Positions 47,217 to 58,637 of a DNA stretch of 64,000 nt are shown here, piece by piece (the stretch's first letter is position 1; every line of letters starts with the position of its first letter). Source of the DNA: a virus (Duplodnaviria; Caudoviricetes). Both the position numbers and the translations under genes were made by a program. The notes beneath the pieces were generated by a model, which ran no database searches, was not told the DNA's origin, and worked only from the letters and a program-made list of their open reading frames with translations. The stretch lies in the IMG/VR virus record IMGVR_UViG_3300028591_000129, positions 32,001 through 96,000 of that record. One strand, 5' to 3'.

Positions 47217-48792
47217 TCATTATCACCCCCTCAACAATGTCAAATGTAATAGTAGTGTCGGTTTTCGTTATCTCGCGGATAACAACATTTCCCTCGTCAG
47301 TAACAAGTGTGTCACCCACACGCATATTATCTGCGTATGTAAATCCACCAAGCGTCTCTACGTTACACCAACGGCTCACCGTAAAATGGTTGTCCTGTGC
47401 TTCCACGTCTTCCGACGCCCTGCTCGCAACAAACATTGGTCGTATATCTTTTGCGTGCGACGGGATATTCTGCATATTAGGGTCACTTGAACTCATTCTG
47501 CCCGTATCTGCGCCGTATTGGTTGAACTTGCAATGAAGCCTGTGGTCATTCGGATTAAGACATTCAGGCAACTTATCAATATACGTTGATAAGAGCTTCT
47601 TTGCACCTCGATAGTCAAGGATAGCTTTTGTCAAAGGTGTGCCAAATGACTTAAGTATCTTTTCTCCTGTACCTCTCGGTTGCTTCCTGCTCACGCTCTC
47701 ATATTTAAGAATATCGTAGAACAGCACGGCTAACTGCTGTGAACTTCCAACCTTGATAGGGTCGTCCAACTTACAGTCGCTATGGCTTGCCTTATATGCC
47801 TCTATTTCCGCGTCATATTCGTGCAACAACGTATGGAAATGCTGTAATGCCTCTTCCTGCTTCTCGTGGTACTTGACGGACAACTCACGAGCGTACATAA
47901 CGTCCAACGATACCCCTGCGTCTTCCATATCAATGATTACGTCGATTAACGGCATTTCAATGTTAAAGAACACGTATGACACACCGTTCATACCATTACG
48001 GTCACTTAACGGCGCGTCAGGGTCATAATACAAGTACTGATACTGAAACTCGAAGTCCTCGTCAGTTATCTTTGCGTCGTGTCCTGCATACAGATAACCT
48101 ATGTTGATAGGAATAAGGCTAAACTTAACCTTGTCGAACAACTCGTCAAAGCTAAATGCGTCAGCAGTGCCCCCAAGTACGTACTTTTGGTGCAACTTCT
48201 TTAAGCCGACCTTACCCTTAATCTCATACTTCTCGTTCTCGTTAAGACACCTGTGCCCGATAGAACAGTCCCACCAACAGTGAAGACGTACCCCAATTTG
48301 GTGCATAATGACCCTTATATCGAACGGGGCGTTAAACATTATTATCTTTGTACCTGCCTCGTTAAGACGTTGTAATTCCTTTGCTACGACCTCTTTAGGT
48401 AATTGGTCGGGACATTTCTCACCCGTGATATAGTTAACGTGATTTAACGGCACATAGACCGTCTTCTCGCCCTTTACATATAAGCTTGTACCAACACAAT
48501 CGTCCAACATTGGGTCAAGTCCCGTTGTCTCTGTATCTATCGCAACCCTGCCAAACTCAATTGCCTTGGTTATATACGAATACAGCTCAATCTCATTCTG
48601 AATGCAGGCGGTCTCATTCTCGTACATTCCAAGGTTCTTAAGTACAACCGTCTTGATATTTGCGATTTGAGACGCGAGACCGCCATTACGTTTTACCGTA
48701 GTGGCGGGCTTCTTCGCGCTCTTCTTGGCTTTCTGTACGATAGCAAGGTCATTCGCCCTGTCCGAACGTGGTATTAAGCTCCTTATGGGCAT
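47197..48792 (-). CDS. polA: Family-A DNA polymerase, N-terminal part (3'-5' exonuclease and thumb) with a Hint-like tail
   Basis: IDTETTGL, FNAPFD, YAGHDA, TGRMSSSDPNMQNIP. Confidence 0.9.
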   Translation of the reverse strand: MPIRSLIPRSDRANDLAIVQKAKKSAKKPATTVKRNGGLASQIANIKTVVLKNLGMYENETACIQNEIELYSYITKAIEFGRVAIDTETTGLDPMLDDCVGTSLYVKGEKTVYVPLNHVNYITGEKCPDQLPKEVVAKELQRLNEAGTKIIMFNAPFDIRVIMHQIGVRLHCWWDCSIGHRCLNENEKYEIKGKVGLKKLHQKYVLGGTADAFSFDELFDKVKFSLIPINIGYLYAGHDAKITDEDFEFQYQYLYYDPDAPLSDRNGMNGVSYVFFNIEMPLIDVIIDMEDAGVSLDVMYARELSVKYHEKQEEALQHFHTLLHEYDAEIEAYKASHSDCKLDDPIKVGSSQQLAVLFYDILKYESVSRKQPRGTGEKILKSFGTPLTKAILDYRGAKKLLSTYIDKLPECLNPNDHRLHCKFNQYGADTGRMSSSDPNMQNIPSHAKDIRPMFVASRASEDVEAQDNHFTVSRWCNVETLGGFTYADNMRVGDTLVTDEGNVVIREITKTDTTITFDIVEGVIMSEVTNS

Positions 48793-49439
48793 TAGAACGC
48801 CTCACGTCTGCTTGAATTACCTGCGGGTGTGCGTCTCTGATACTGCTGTCCGCCACCTTCATTAGCCTCGCGTGTGTTACCGTTACTCGGGAAACTTCCG
48901 CTGTTAAGGTAAGCATTCATTTCCTCGGCTGTCTTGACCATTACGACTGTGCCTACGGGGTTCTGAACGTCGAAGTCATTAAGGGATACACCCTCTGTCT
49001 TCTCTTCCTCATAAATCTCGTAAGAAGTCTGCTGATAGCCTGCCTTACCGTGTCTCTCGATTGTGAACACGTGAGAATAAGTGTCGGGGTATCTCGAACA
49101 GATAGACGAAAGCTTACTGCCGAAGTCCTTACCTCTCTCCCAAATCTGCGTTGTGTTCGCGTCAATGTTGAAAAGCGGAATGAAGTACTTGATATTGACA
49201 TACCTGCCCGCCTTACAGAACGGGCACGCGTCAACAGGGTCTCCATAGCCTCTCAAACAGTCTACCCAACGCTTCTTTCCGTCTACCTCACATTCGTGTA
49301 CTGACTGCGGGTGAACGCTGTCTGCACCGTTGTACAGGATACGTACTCTTGCTGTGTCAAGGTCATTCTTAAGACGGAAAAAACCGCCACCGCCCTGTCC
49401 ACCAATACTGTCTGCCTGACTGATACTAAAACTCGCCAT
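48792..49439 (-). CDS. Single-stranded DNA-binding protein (gp32-like)
   Basis: FFRLK...RVR.L...H...C...CPFC...F.I.R.G pattern; adjacent to the polymerase. Confidence 0.7.
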   Translation of the reverse strand: MASFSISQADSIGGQGGGGFFRLKNDLDTARVRILYNGADSVHPQSVHECEVDGKKRWVDCLRGYGDPVDACPFCKAGRYVNIKYFIPLFNIDANTTQIWERGKDFGSKLSSICSRYPDTYSHVFTIERHGKAGYQQTSYEIYEEEKTEGVSLNDFDVQNPVGTVVMVKTAEEMNAYLNSGSFPSNGNTREANEGGGQQYQRRTPAGNSSRREAF

Positions 49440-49489
49440 TTTCTTTTCTCCTTTCACGAGTGTTTTTATTTATTTGCCCTTATAGGGCT

Positions 49490-49564
49490 TGGCGGGGGTG
49501 ACAGGAATTGAACCTGTGAGTAATGGAGTCAAAGACCATTGCCTTACCACTTGGCGACACCCCT
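49490..49564 (-). tRNA. tRNA-Gln(TTG) with encoded CCA
   Basis: Cloverleaf: GCCAAGTGGTAAGGC D-arm, CTTTGAC anticodon loop, GGTTCAATTCC T-arm, 3' CCA. Confidence 0.92.
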
Positions 49565-52500
49565 GTTATAAAATCAAGTGTTGTGAAGTTACTTGAATAT
49601 TCTATCATACACAGCCTTAAACTGCTCTTCAGTCATTGTCTCTGTGTAAATAGCCATAAGCTCTTCAACAGTTGCTTCTTCCGTGATAATCTCGGCGTCA
49701 CAAAAGCCAAGGTTCATATACTTGTCGTTGTCCTCAAGCATATCAAGCACGTTACGCTCGATTACCTTTCTCGGGACATACTTATTGCCAAGTGCGTTTA
49801 CCTTGTAACCGACACCGTTTACTCTGCTCATTGTAATTCTCATTCTGATTACCTCGTCTTTCTATGAGTTTGTTTTACTCTTCCATTATAACAGAGTAAC
49901 GAGTGTTGTCAATACCATTTTTAAGTATTTTCTGTTCCCGTCAGATTAGGACATTCGTTAGCTACCTCGAACTGCTTCTTTTCCCAACAAGACGAGCAAA
50001 TATCGCTCTTTCCGACTACCCTGCCGTTCTCCAAGTTACGGTACACGGTAAAGTAATCCCCCTTGCATTCCTGCTTGCATACGTCACACTTACATACGTT
50101 ATAAATCATACCGTTTTCCCCTTTTTAGCTTCAACTTCCTGTCTTGCGTCACTCAACAATCTGTCGTACAGACTATCCATAAACGAATGGTCAATCGTCA
50201 TATAAACGTGCGTTCTATCGTCTTCCCTGCGTGATTTTACTGCACACCACATACCCACATAATCATAGTATGACTTCATAAAGATAAATTCATTTGGGTA
50301 TTCCTCACGCAATGCTTCACGCACCTTGGTCACATAATCAAAATAAACCGCACGAAACATACTATTAGCCACTTCACGCACATAGTTAGCAAGAAACTTA
50401 TAGTTGTAACAGTCCCCCTCAAACTCAAAGCAAGTCACGCGTTTTTCTATCGCCTCGGTAATATCTGCACGGATACATTCACGCTGTCTGCTCCCTCTTT
50501 CCTTACGGCTCTCGGGTATACTATCCATTGCCCTAATGCTCACTTCGCTTCCCCCTTACCCATTTCAGCACCACAATGCTTACAGAATTTATCAAGTTTA
50601 CCCCCTCTACCATTACATATAGAACATCTGTATTCATCGGGTTCGTATTGTGGAAAACTTGAATGAAATGTGCAGTTCCACTCGCCTTGCGGTCTTGCCT
50701 CTACTGTTGGGGCATTTGCTATCTGACTTTGACTTATCGCCAAAGCTCCATTTTTAGTCATACAGTCGGGGTATATTTTATCTGCGTTAATTAACCTCAT
50801 TCTCTGCCCCCTCTCTCCCTCTCTATGCAGGCGTAATATCTCCAAGTGCGATATAAGGCTCTTGATATAGGCTTTCTCGTAGTCTTGTCTTTTCTTTCTA
50901 TCGCCAAGCACTCAAGGAATGTTCTAATTGCATTTTCAGCACTTACCTTTCTATACCAAATCATTCTCGTCACCCTCGTCAAAGCCTAACCACTCATTCT
51001 CGGATATAACACCTGCGATATATTGCATATCTTCTGTGGTAATTACCTGACCTTTACTCTGTAATACTGCGATAAGTCTTTTCATATCTTCACTCATTCT
51101 TCTTCTCCTTTCCTCTCATATCAGCTCCGCACCAATGACAAAATGGATAATACTCGTATTTATAGCCGAAGCCTGTGTCATGACTTATAAGTCTTGTTCT
51201 ATTGCCACATTCGGAACACTCTGCCGTCTTATAGCCTATGTCTATACTATGCTTATTTATCCACTCGCCTTGCGGTCTATCTTCATATGGTGTGCCATTT
51301 GCGATAATAGCTTCTGCAACTTGAGCAATACCTTGTTTCCGCAACCGCTTACACTCATTGTAATAATCTTCAGGAATATCAATTACTATCTTCATTCTCA
51401 TCCTCCTTATAAGGTTTTGGTAAGAATTGCCAAGCAATTATTTCTGTGCCCTTTAGTTCCTCACCACCAAATGTCCAAACGTCGTCAGATAAACGCCTCG
51501 CTATATCAATACCTATATAACCTCTACTAACATTCTTTCCTGTCACAAGGTACATTCCACCGACAGCAGGTTCTTGCTCACTAACAGGAATCCACTCGCC
51601 TGTCTTTCTTTTCTCACAACCACGAAGTAGATTGATTGCAAATCTGACAGATTGCTTATCCTTATCATCTGTTAGGTTTTCTAACATTTTCTCCAACTTT
51701 GTTATTTCTGCTTCCGTATCAATTACTATTTTTGCCATTCTCTGCCTCCTTATCATAATCGCTCAGAAAATCCTTCAACAACTCGTAGCACTTGGGACAA
51801 AGGTCAAGGTCTGTTCTCCCTTTACGAGCAATATACGGCTCGCCATTCTGTAACACTCTCGGCTCAAAAATTCTCTTGCACTTATCACATTGAGTTACTT
51901 TACTCATTCTCTGCCTCCTTATCTGATTCTATGATTGTTGGTGCAATAAAATATTCTCGGAGATAACTCGAAAGCACCTCGGGTTTGTATGTACCAAAGC
52001 CTATAATATGTTCTCCATTTTCTTCATACTGGATTGAAAAATATGGTTTACCTCTATATTCGGGATATATGCATATTTCATCGGGCAGATATCTAACCAC
52101 TATTTCCTCAAATCTTCTTCCGTGTCCTTTAGGAATAGGTGTGCCATTTGCTATTGCCTGTGCTATCATATCCATTCCTTCATCACCTAACATTGGCGGT
52201 CTTCCTTTGTATCCTTCATAAAGTTCTTCGGGAATATCAATTGCTATCTTCATTCTCTGCCTCCTCTCATATCATTACCGCACTCCATACAGAATTTAGG
52301 TATGTAATCTCCTTCGCAATAGGTAGTATTCTCACAGAAGGGACAGATATAAGTATCATCATCGCCTTCGATATGTAACCACGCACCTCTCTCAACTATT
52401 CTTAATTTAGATACATCGACCAAGTTACTACTTTTCTGTTCTTTCTTCCTATGATTCCGTTCTTGCTTCTGCATAGCGGTTTCATAGCCACAACGATAAC

Positions 52501-54375
52501 CCTTTTTGTAATCTTCACTTTTACCTTCAAGATTAGTTCTTTTACTCATTATCTGCCCCCTCATCTTGTGTCATTTTCGTACCACACCAATAACAATATC
52601 TTTGATACTTGATGTTTTCGTTGCCTGTAATTCGTGCCTTGCACACAGGACACATAAATGTATTCTTGCCGACCATTAACCAACGACTGATTAAATCACT
52701 ACTCATTCTCTTTCTCCTTGAGAACTTGTATCGTTAATTTTACACCCATCGGGCATTACAAACGAATTTAAGCATTTATCACAATATATCCATTCCGCTT
52801 CAATAACTCGTTCGTGTATATCCTGCGGAACAAAAACATCTTTTTGTCCGTGATGTGATGATTTAATTTGTGCAAGTAATGTATGACACTTTTCACAAAC
52901 TATCGTAGCTGTATATGAACTCACTATTAACACCGCCTTTCTTCCGTGATATACTATATTTGCATTTTATATGTGTTGCACTTCGCGTGTAATATTGATA
53001 GCATCCCTCTTGCAAATTTTATCGGGGATGCTATTTTCATTTAAGTAGGTCAGTAAACGCTCTCAACCCAATTTCTATAACTCGCTTAATATTTGCGATA
53101 AATTCGTTTAACTCCTCGTTGCTCATATCTTCTAAAAAGTCGTAATCTTTCATATCGAGGTCGTAGGTACGGCTGATTAAATCATCACTCATTCTCTGCC
53201 CCTCTCATATCTACCCCACAGTTAGGGCAGAAGTCAGATAAAACATATCCTTCGTCATTACAAAAAGGCTCTGTATGACATTCTGAACATTCGCACGGAT
53301 ATTTTGCTCCTTGCCCCTGATTTATCCAATGTCCTTGCGGTCTTTCAAACTTAGCCTTAGCCATTTCATAGCCGAGCTTAAAGCTTTCGTCAATCGCAAA
53401 TTTAATGTCCTCACCTGTGAATTTAATGTCCTCGTTTGTGCTATCTTCTTTTGTCGTATCGCACTTTCCTTTAGACACACAGCTCTCACACCACGAAGCG
53501 TCATTGCCACAATATGACGTGTTTTTCTGTGAGAAATCTATCGTGGGTATACTGTCGATAACCTTCTCCCATAATGGCGTAAGGGTATCAGGAAAGTCAC
53601 AATTTAGCGCACAATAAAGCTTTTTATTAGGGCAAATATCGCACACTCGGCAATTAGCAATAAATTCCTTTAGTGCATTCGCGTCTATTAATCTCACGTT
53701 CTCTTGCATATCAACCACCATAATCTGTACCAATTATTGACGGCGGATAGTACGTCAGTCTCACCGTTGGTCGCTGTGCATTGTACCTATACTCCACCTG
53801 CGCTTCAACAATATCCTTAAGCGGAATAATAAGACAATCTTCGCCGTTGTATGTTCCCTGACTGCCATATGTTATCGGAAAATTACTCATTATTGTCCAC
53901 CTCTTTAACGCCTAAAAACTCAAGTGCTGTGTGCATACATTCAGGGCACAGGTCAAATGCGAGACAATTACATATCCCGTCATTGTCACTTCGCTGAAAA
54001 AGCCTTACACCGTTTACAGTCTTGTAAGTACCTGCACCTCTCTTGATACGCATAAAGTAAACGTCGTAATAGTTACCGCACTTATCACATTTTCTTGCTA
54101 ACACCGAAATCGCCCCCTAAACCGTCGTTGAACCTTGCAACGAATTCCTCAACTGCCTGCTTCTTCTCATACGCGAGCAGTGTGTCAATGTGCCCCTTGC
54201 TAAGGTAAACACTCTCACCGTTCTCAAGCGTGCATACAGGGCGTATTACAGGCTTAATCCGCACTGCTCTTGTGTCCCCTCTCAACCCTGTCAGCACAAG
54301 TGTAAGTTGGTCAGGGTCGTCACGCCTGAAGTATTGTAAAAAATCGTCGTCAAATACTGCTATGTATTTCATATC

Positions 54376-54885
54376 TTACTCCCCAATCTTGTACGGCAAG
54401 CTCGGTTCTGCCTCGCTGAAGTAATTACCGCCAATGCAGGCATACCCTTGATAATACGAGCCGTTAGCATATCCGACACAATTGAAAAAGAGTAACCACG
54501 GGTATTCCTCACCGCTGTTTATCCACTCGACAGCCTCGATAACAGCTTGGTCTGATAAGTCCGTTCTGTTCGTTACGGCTGACCCCCCACGCACGGTGGA
54601 AAATTGACCACTTTGGCACAGCACGTCTTGTATGGTATTCGGAAATCTCGTGTCCATTACACGACACAAAATACAAAGTGCGATATAGCGGCGGGCTTCC
54701 GTGCCCTCGTCAAATCGCCGGTTGCTCTCGCTCTCAACGACTGACGAAATGAGCACAAAATCTTCAACTGACATTTGTGCCATTTCTGCTCTTTCCTCAA
54801 GTGGTATTGCCTCGAACGGCACAGGTGCTTTAAACAGATTAATGCCTAAAGATACGATTGCCACGAGTGTGATTATTCTGTTCAT
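54376..54885 (-). CDS. Cell-wall hydrolase (SleB/Hydrolase_2-like) with N-terminal signal-like segment
   Basis: V.SES...RV...FPNTI.DV..Q.GQFS...LFF...IGG.YF. Confidence 0.8.
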   Translation of the reverse strand: MNRIITLVAIVSLGINLFKAPVPFEAIPLEERAEMAQMSVEDFVLISSVVESESNRRFDEGTEARRYIALCILCRVMDTRFPNTIQDVLCQSGQFSTVRGGSAVTNRTDLSDQAVIEAVEWINSGEEYPWLLFFNCVGYANGSYYQGYACIGGNYFSEAEPSLPYKIGE

Positions 54886-54900
54886 TTCTTGTTCTCTCCT

Positions 54901-55332
54901 TTACTCTGTGTCTCCTGACACACGCATATCTGCACCGCATTCCATACAGAATTTAGGTACGTAATCTCCTTCACAATAAGTAGCGGTTTTACAAAAAGGA
55001 CAAATGTATGTATCGTCGTCACCCTCAATATGAAGCCACTCCCCTTTATTTGGGTGTACGTGATAATGGTCTTTCTTCCACATAAGATTTTCAACGTGAT
55101 TATTCTTGGGGTTTTTATCCTTATGAACAACGTATGTTTGATAATCTTCGTGTGGTAAGAATGCCTCAGCAACTAATGTATGTACCCCGCGTTTCTTTCC
55201 GTCAAGACTTACACACAGATAAGCACGTTTTGTCCCACCAAGGAACTGCTTGAGTATTCTGCCTGTCTTGTTATTACGCACCTGTCCGTCTGTACTTACG
55301 CTATACTTAGGGTGTGCACCCACTTCTCTCCA
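54901..55332 (-). CDS. NUMOD4/HNH endonuclease-like protein fused to a Zn-ribbon module
   Basis: KYSVSTDGQVRN...ILK...VHTLVAEAF...HKD.N.KNN.VENL.W. Confidence 0.75.
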   Translation of the reverse strand, partial: WREVGAHPKYSVSTDGQVRNNKTGRILKQFLGGTKRAYLCVSLDGKKRGVHTLVAEAFLPHEDYQTYVVHKDKNPKNNHVENLMWKKDHYHVHPNKGEWLHIEGDDDTYICPFCKTATYCEGDYVPKFCMECGADMRVSGDTE

Positions 55333-57252
55333 TTCACTCATTCTCTGTCTCCCTGTTATCTGTGTTTTCTTTGGCTTTATTCAATAGCCATACAAGGGCT
55401 TTATTCATAGCTTCAAAGAAATCATTAACAAAGTAGGTTTCAATAAACCAGCAATCAGATTTATCTGAATAGTATTTGACTTTTACTACGGTCTTGTAAT
55501 CCGTCAAATAACGCTCGAAGAAAATATCAGTAACAACAAAATCGTGTACTTCCTTATCTCTCCAATATAAAAGCTGTACCGTGCTACCAATTTTAATATC
55601 GTTATTCATTCTCTGTCTCCTCTTGTTTGCAGATTTTCAAAATTCTCTTTGTTTGAATATCCTCGATTATCTTAATTATCTTGCACCCGAAGCGAACACG
55701 CTTATCACACCACTCGCAACAATCGTTCAATTCACAGAATGCGTGCTTATAACCATATATCCTGCCACCAATATGTCTACCTTGTTCTAATTCTTCCCTT
55801 GTCATTTTCTGCCTCCTCACATATAGTCAGCCTTGCATTTCTTAATGCTGATAACAACTTCTGCTTCTCTTCTTCCGTATCACATTTAATTGTTATCTGT
55901 TCGGTTATATTAGCTGTCGGGGCATTGTCGATAACCTTTAAAATCTTGTTATAAACGTCAATGGGGGATTTATCACGCATATATCTAATAAATCCTGTTG
56001 CTGTTATTCCGTGAAATATAGTCACTATTTCTTCCCTCAAAGCGTCAGCGTCAATTAATCTGCTCATTATCTGCCCCCCTATAAAACTCCATAAGCATAT
56101 CTATTATCATTAGGTCTTTAGGTGTTAAGTTCTTTCTCCATTTAATTCCATATTGAACATAACCTCTGTCTTTATAATCTTTCATTCTTCGTCACCTCTC
56201 ATATCCGCCCCACAATTAGGGCAGAATTTAGTGTAATTGTTATTGTGCAGAAAGCACTCCGAGCATAAGAACCCGTCAGCATATGCGTTCTTCCACTTGC
56301 CTTGCGGTCTTTCTTCATAAGGTATCCCTTTAGAAACTGCGCCTAAAATGTGCTCTGCACCTAACCAATCTACTCCGTCATTCTTAAGTACATCAAGAGC
56401 CTTTTCAGGAATATCAATTATCAGTTTCATTCTCTGCCTCCTTTATCCTTTATGAATACACCCTCATCATTGTCATACCCTTTACTATTACGAATGGTAT
56501 CTATTTCAGACCTCACTTCTTCATAAGCCTTAACAAACTCTGGGTTCTTTAACTGCTCATTTAAATAATCATTAAGTGTTTTCATCTTCATTCTCCTTCA
56601 ATAATTGCTCTATTGCATCTAACTGCCTTCTCCATACATTGATACATTCTACTGAATGAAAATGCAGAACTATCGGGAAATCAACTCGTTCGGCTTCTTG
56701 TGGTACTTCTGTACCGACAGGGAAAGTGTTTGCGAGAGGTTCGATGACTATACTTGGAATATCATATACTGTTCCCGAAGCGACCGATACTTTTCCTTGA
56801 CCCAAATGAATCGATAAAGCCATTTTATTACTCATTCTTCTTTCTCCTTGTCGTCTTCAGATACGCCAAATACTCCCATATCGCGTAACCAATGCTTAAT
56901 GCCGTCTGCTATACCTGTAACGTCCAATGCAAATGTCATAAGGACTATGCATATAATGAATGTGATAAATAACTGTAATCCGCTCATTATCATTTTCCTT
57001 TCTATGAGTGCTTCAAGTGTTTCCGTCTCTCTTGTGATTATATCATAGTAACGATATAATGCAAGCTCTTTTTACACAACCCTTGTGTGATTGTACACCT
57101 TTTGTGGTTCAGGCTTCTCACCGAACTCAATGTTATCCAAGGCAACCAAAAGCTTAAGCCATTCCTCATACTCTGACTTCTCAAGGGTAAGCTTGACAAT
57201 ATCCCTGCCGTCATTCCATACAACAGGGGTAGCGTCCAATATCCTCAAAATC

Positions 57253-57960
57253 TTATGTGCCTGATAGCTTATATTCATTAAGCCTTTTCTCCAAGTCCTC
57301 TATTATGCTGTCGTCTATCCAAAAGATTGACCGTGTATTCTGTCCCTTATCTCTCTGCTTATTACAAACTGTTCCGCCTATGAGGTCGTCTATGTGATTA
57401 ACAAGATTAGGTGCAAGGTTAAGTACGTCAGCGTATCCGTACCTATCGAACAACCATTCCTTAAAGATTAAGTCGTCTCCCTTGTTTCTGCGTACCCAAC
57501 AACCGAAGTAATCACTTTGCCATAGATTTAAGTTAGCCCAAGATACAAATTCCTCAAGTATCGTAGTCGGTATCCTTATGCAAGGAAAACTAAACCACAG
57601 CTTATCCTCGTGCACCTTAAATCTTCCCGCTTCAGGCATTTTATCATACGCACAAGTGAAACCGCAAATGATAGTGCTTGCAGGCTCAAACTCTTCAAGA
57701 GCACGTATACGAACTTCAAAGTCCTTACAGATACATATGTCGTCCTGTAAGTGCCACACGCTCTGTATGCCGTTCTTAAGGCACATTCTGACAAGTCTGT
57801 TACTGCTGTCTACGAACGCCCTCAAATTGCCTATTCTGTTAATATCCTGATAGACAAAGATATGCTCGGGGTCAATGCCTTGCTCGACCATTGACGGCAA
57901 CAGGAAGTCCTTTACGTACCACATACGGCTCGGACAAGTATGTATTATGAAATATGCCAT
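57253..57960 (-). CDS. Glycosyltransferase-like protein (GT-A fold)
   Basis: WHLQDD..I..DF...SFPC...GDD...PNLV.HI. Confidence 0.6.
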   Translation of the reverse strand: MAYFIIHTCPSRMWYVKDFLLPSMVEQGIDPEHIFVYQDINRIGNLRAFVDSSNRLVRMCLKNGIQSVWHLQDDICICKDFEVRIRALEEFEPASTIICGFTCAYDKMPEAGRFKVHEDKLWFSFPCIRIPTTILEEFVSWANLNLWQSDYFGCWVRRNKGDDLIFKEWLFDRYGYADVLNLAPNLVNHIDDLIGGTVCNKQRDKGQNTRSIFWIDDSIIEDLEKRLNEYKLSGT

Positions 57961-58637
57961 TCTTCTCCGCCCTCAAATTTCTTTATGTCTTCAGGAACGT
58001 CAATGTCGCAAGTATAGTCGTTAATCGTAATGTAGTTGGTGTAATCAATGTGGTTAAGCTCCGTACCCTTGATAACCTGCCACAACTCCCACGCGATAGG
58101 ACTGCGTCTAAACGCTCCCTCTTCTGCATATTTCTCCGTCTTCCTGACAGCTTTCTCGAAGCCCTCAATGTCCACTACCTTGAACGCAAACGGCTCTGCC
58201 CACGGCTTGCTGTAATTACTCGCAAACGGCGGTGCTGACGCAAAGAAGTCAATGTCCTTTGTCTCCGTCTCGACTATCTTCTTGATAGCTTCAGGCGAAT
58301 ACACCACGTCACCCATAAGGAATGTCGTACCAAGCTTATGTCGCATTCCGAAACAATCTAACCACAGACCGTTAGTCACGCGGTTAACTTCAGCAACCTC
58401 ATAGTCATTACCGCTAAGCCAATACGCCATAGGTAAGCCTGAAAAACGCTCTTCATTCGCACGCAGAATGTTTATAAGCTCATAGCTTGCTGTTATAAAC
58501 ATATCTTCGAGTGCCACGCCGTTCTCTTTGAGCAACCTGACTGTACGCTCAATAAGTGTCTCACCGTGTATCATTGAAAGCTGTTTAGGATACTTCCAAT
58601 ATTTATAACTACCACCACACATTATGCAATACTTCAC
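57945..58637 (-). CDS. Nucleotidyltransferase (cytidylyl/NTP-sugar transferase-like)
   Basis: IMCGG...PKQL..I.GETLIERT.RLL...GDV.YS...DIDVPED. Confidence 0.75.
   Translation of the reverse strand: MKYCIMCGGSYKYWKYPKQLSMIHGETLIERTVRLLKENGVALEDMFITASYELINILRANEERFSGLPMAYWLSGNDYEVAEVNRVTNGLWLDCFGMRHKLGTTFLMGDVVYSPEAIKKIVETETKDIDFFASAPPFASNYSKPWAEPFAFKVVDIEGFEKAVRKTEKYAEEGAFRRSPIAWELWQVIKGTELNHIDYTNYITINDYTCDIDVPEDIKKFEGGEEWHIS

Larger units (their letters stand above)
49589..57000 (-). other. Field of about 25 small overlapping genes built from shuffled modules
   Basis: Repeated MKIxIDIPE, MRLIDADAL, ERPQGxW, FCxxCGADMR and EAENE* modules. Confidence 0.75.

Noticed and set aside
47148-47220. 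Complete group I intron in polA
   Set aside because: Only 11 nt separate the two halves, leaving no room for a catalytic core. A remnant or collapsed assembly remains possible.
52280-55040. DGR template/variable repeat pair in the duplicated Zn-ribbon segment
   Set aside because: Differences are mostly synonymous and not adenine-specific, and no reverse transcriptase is present in the window.
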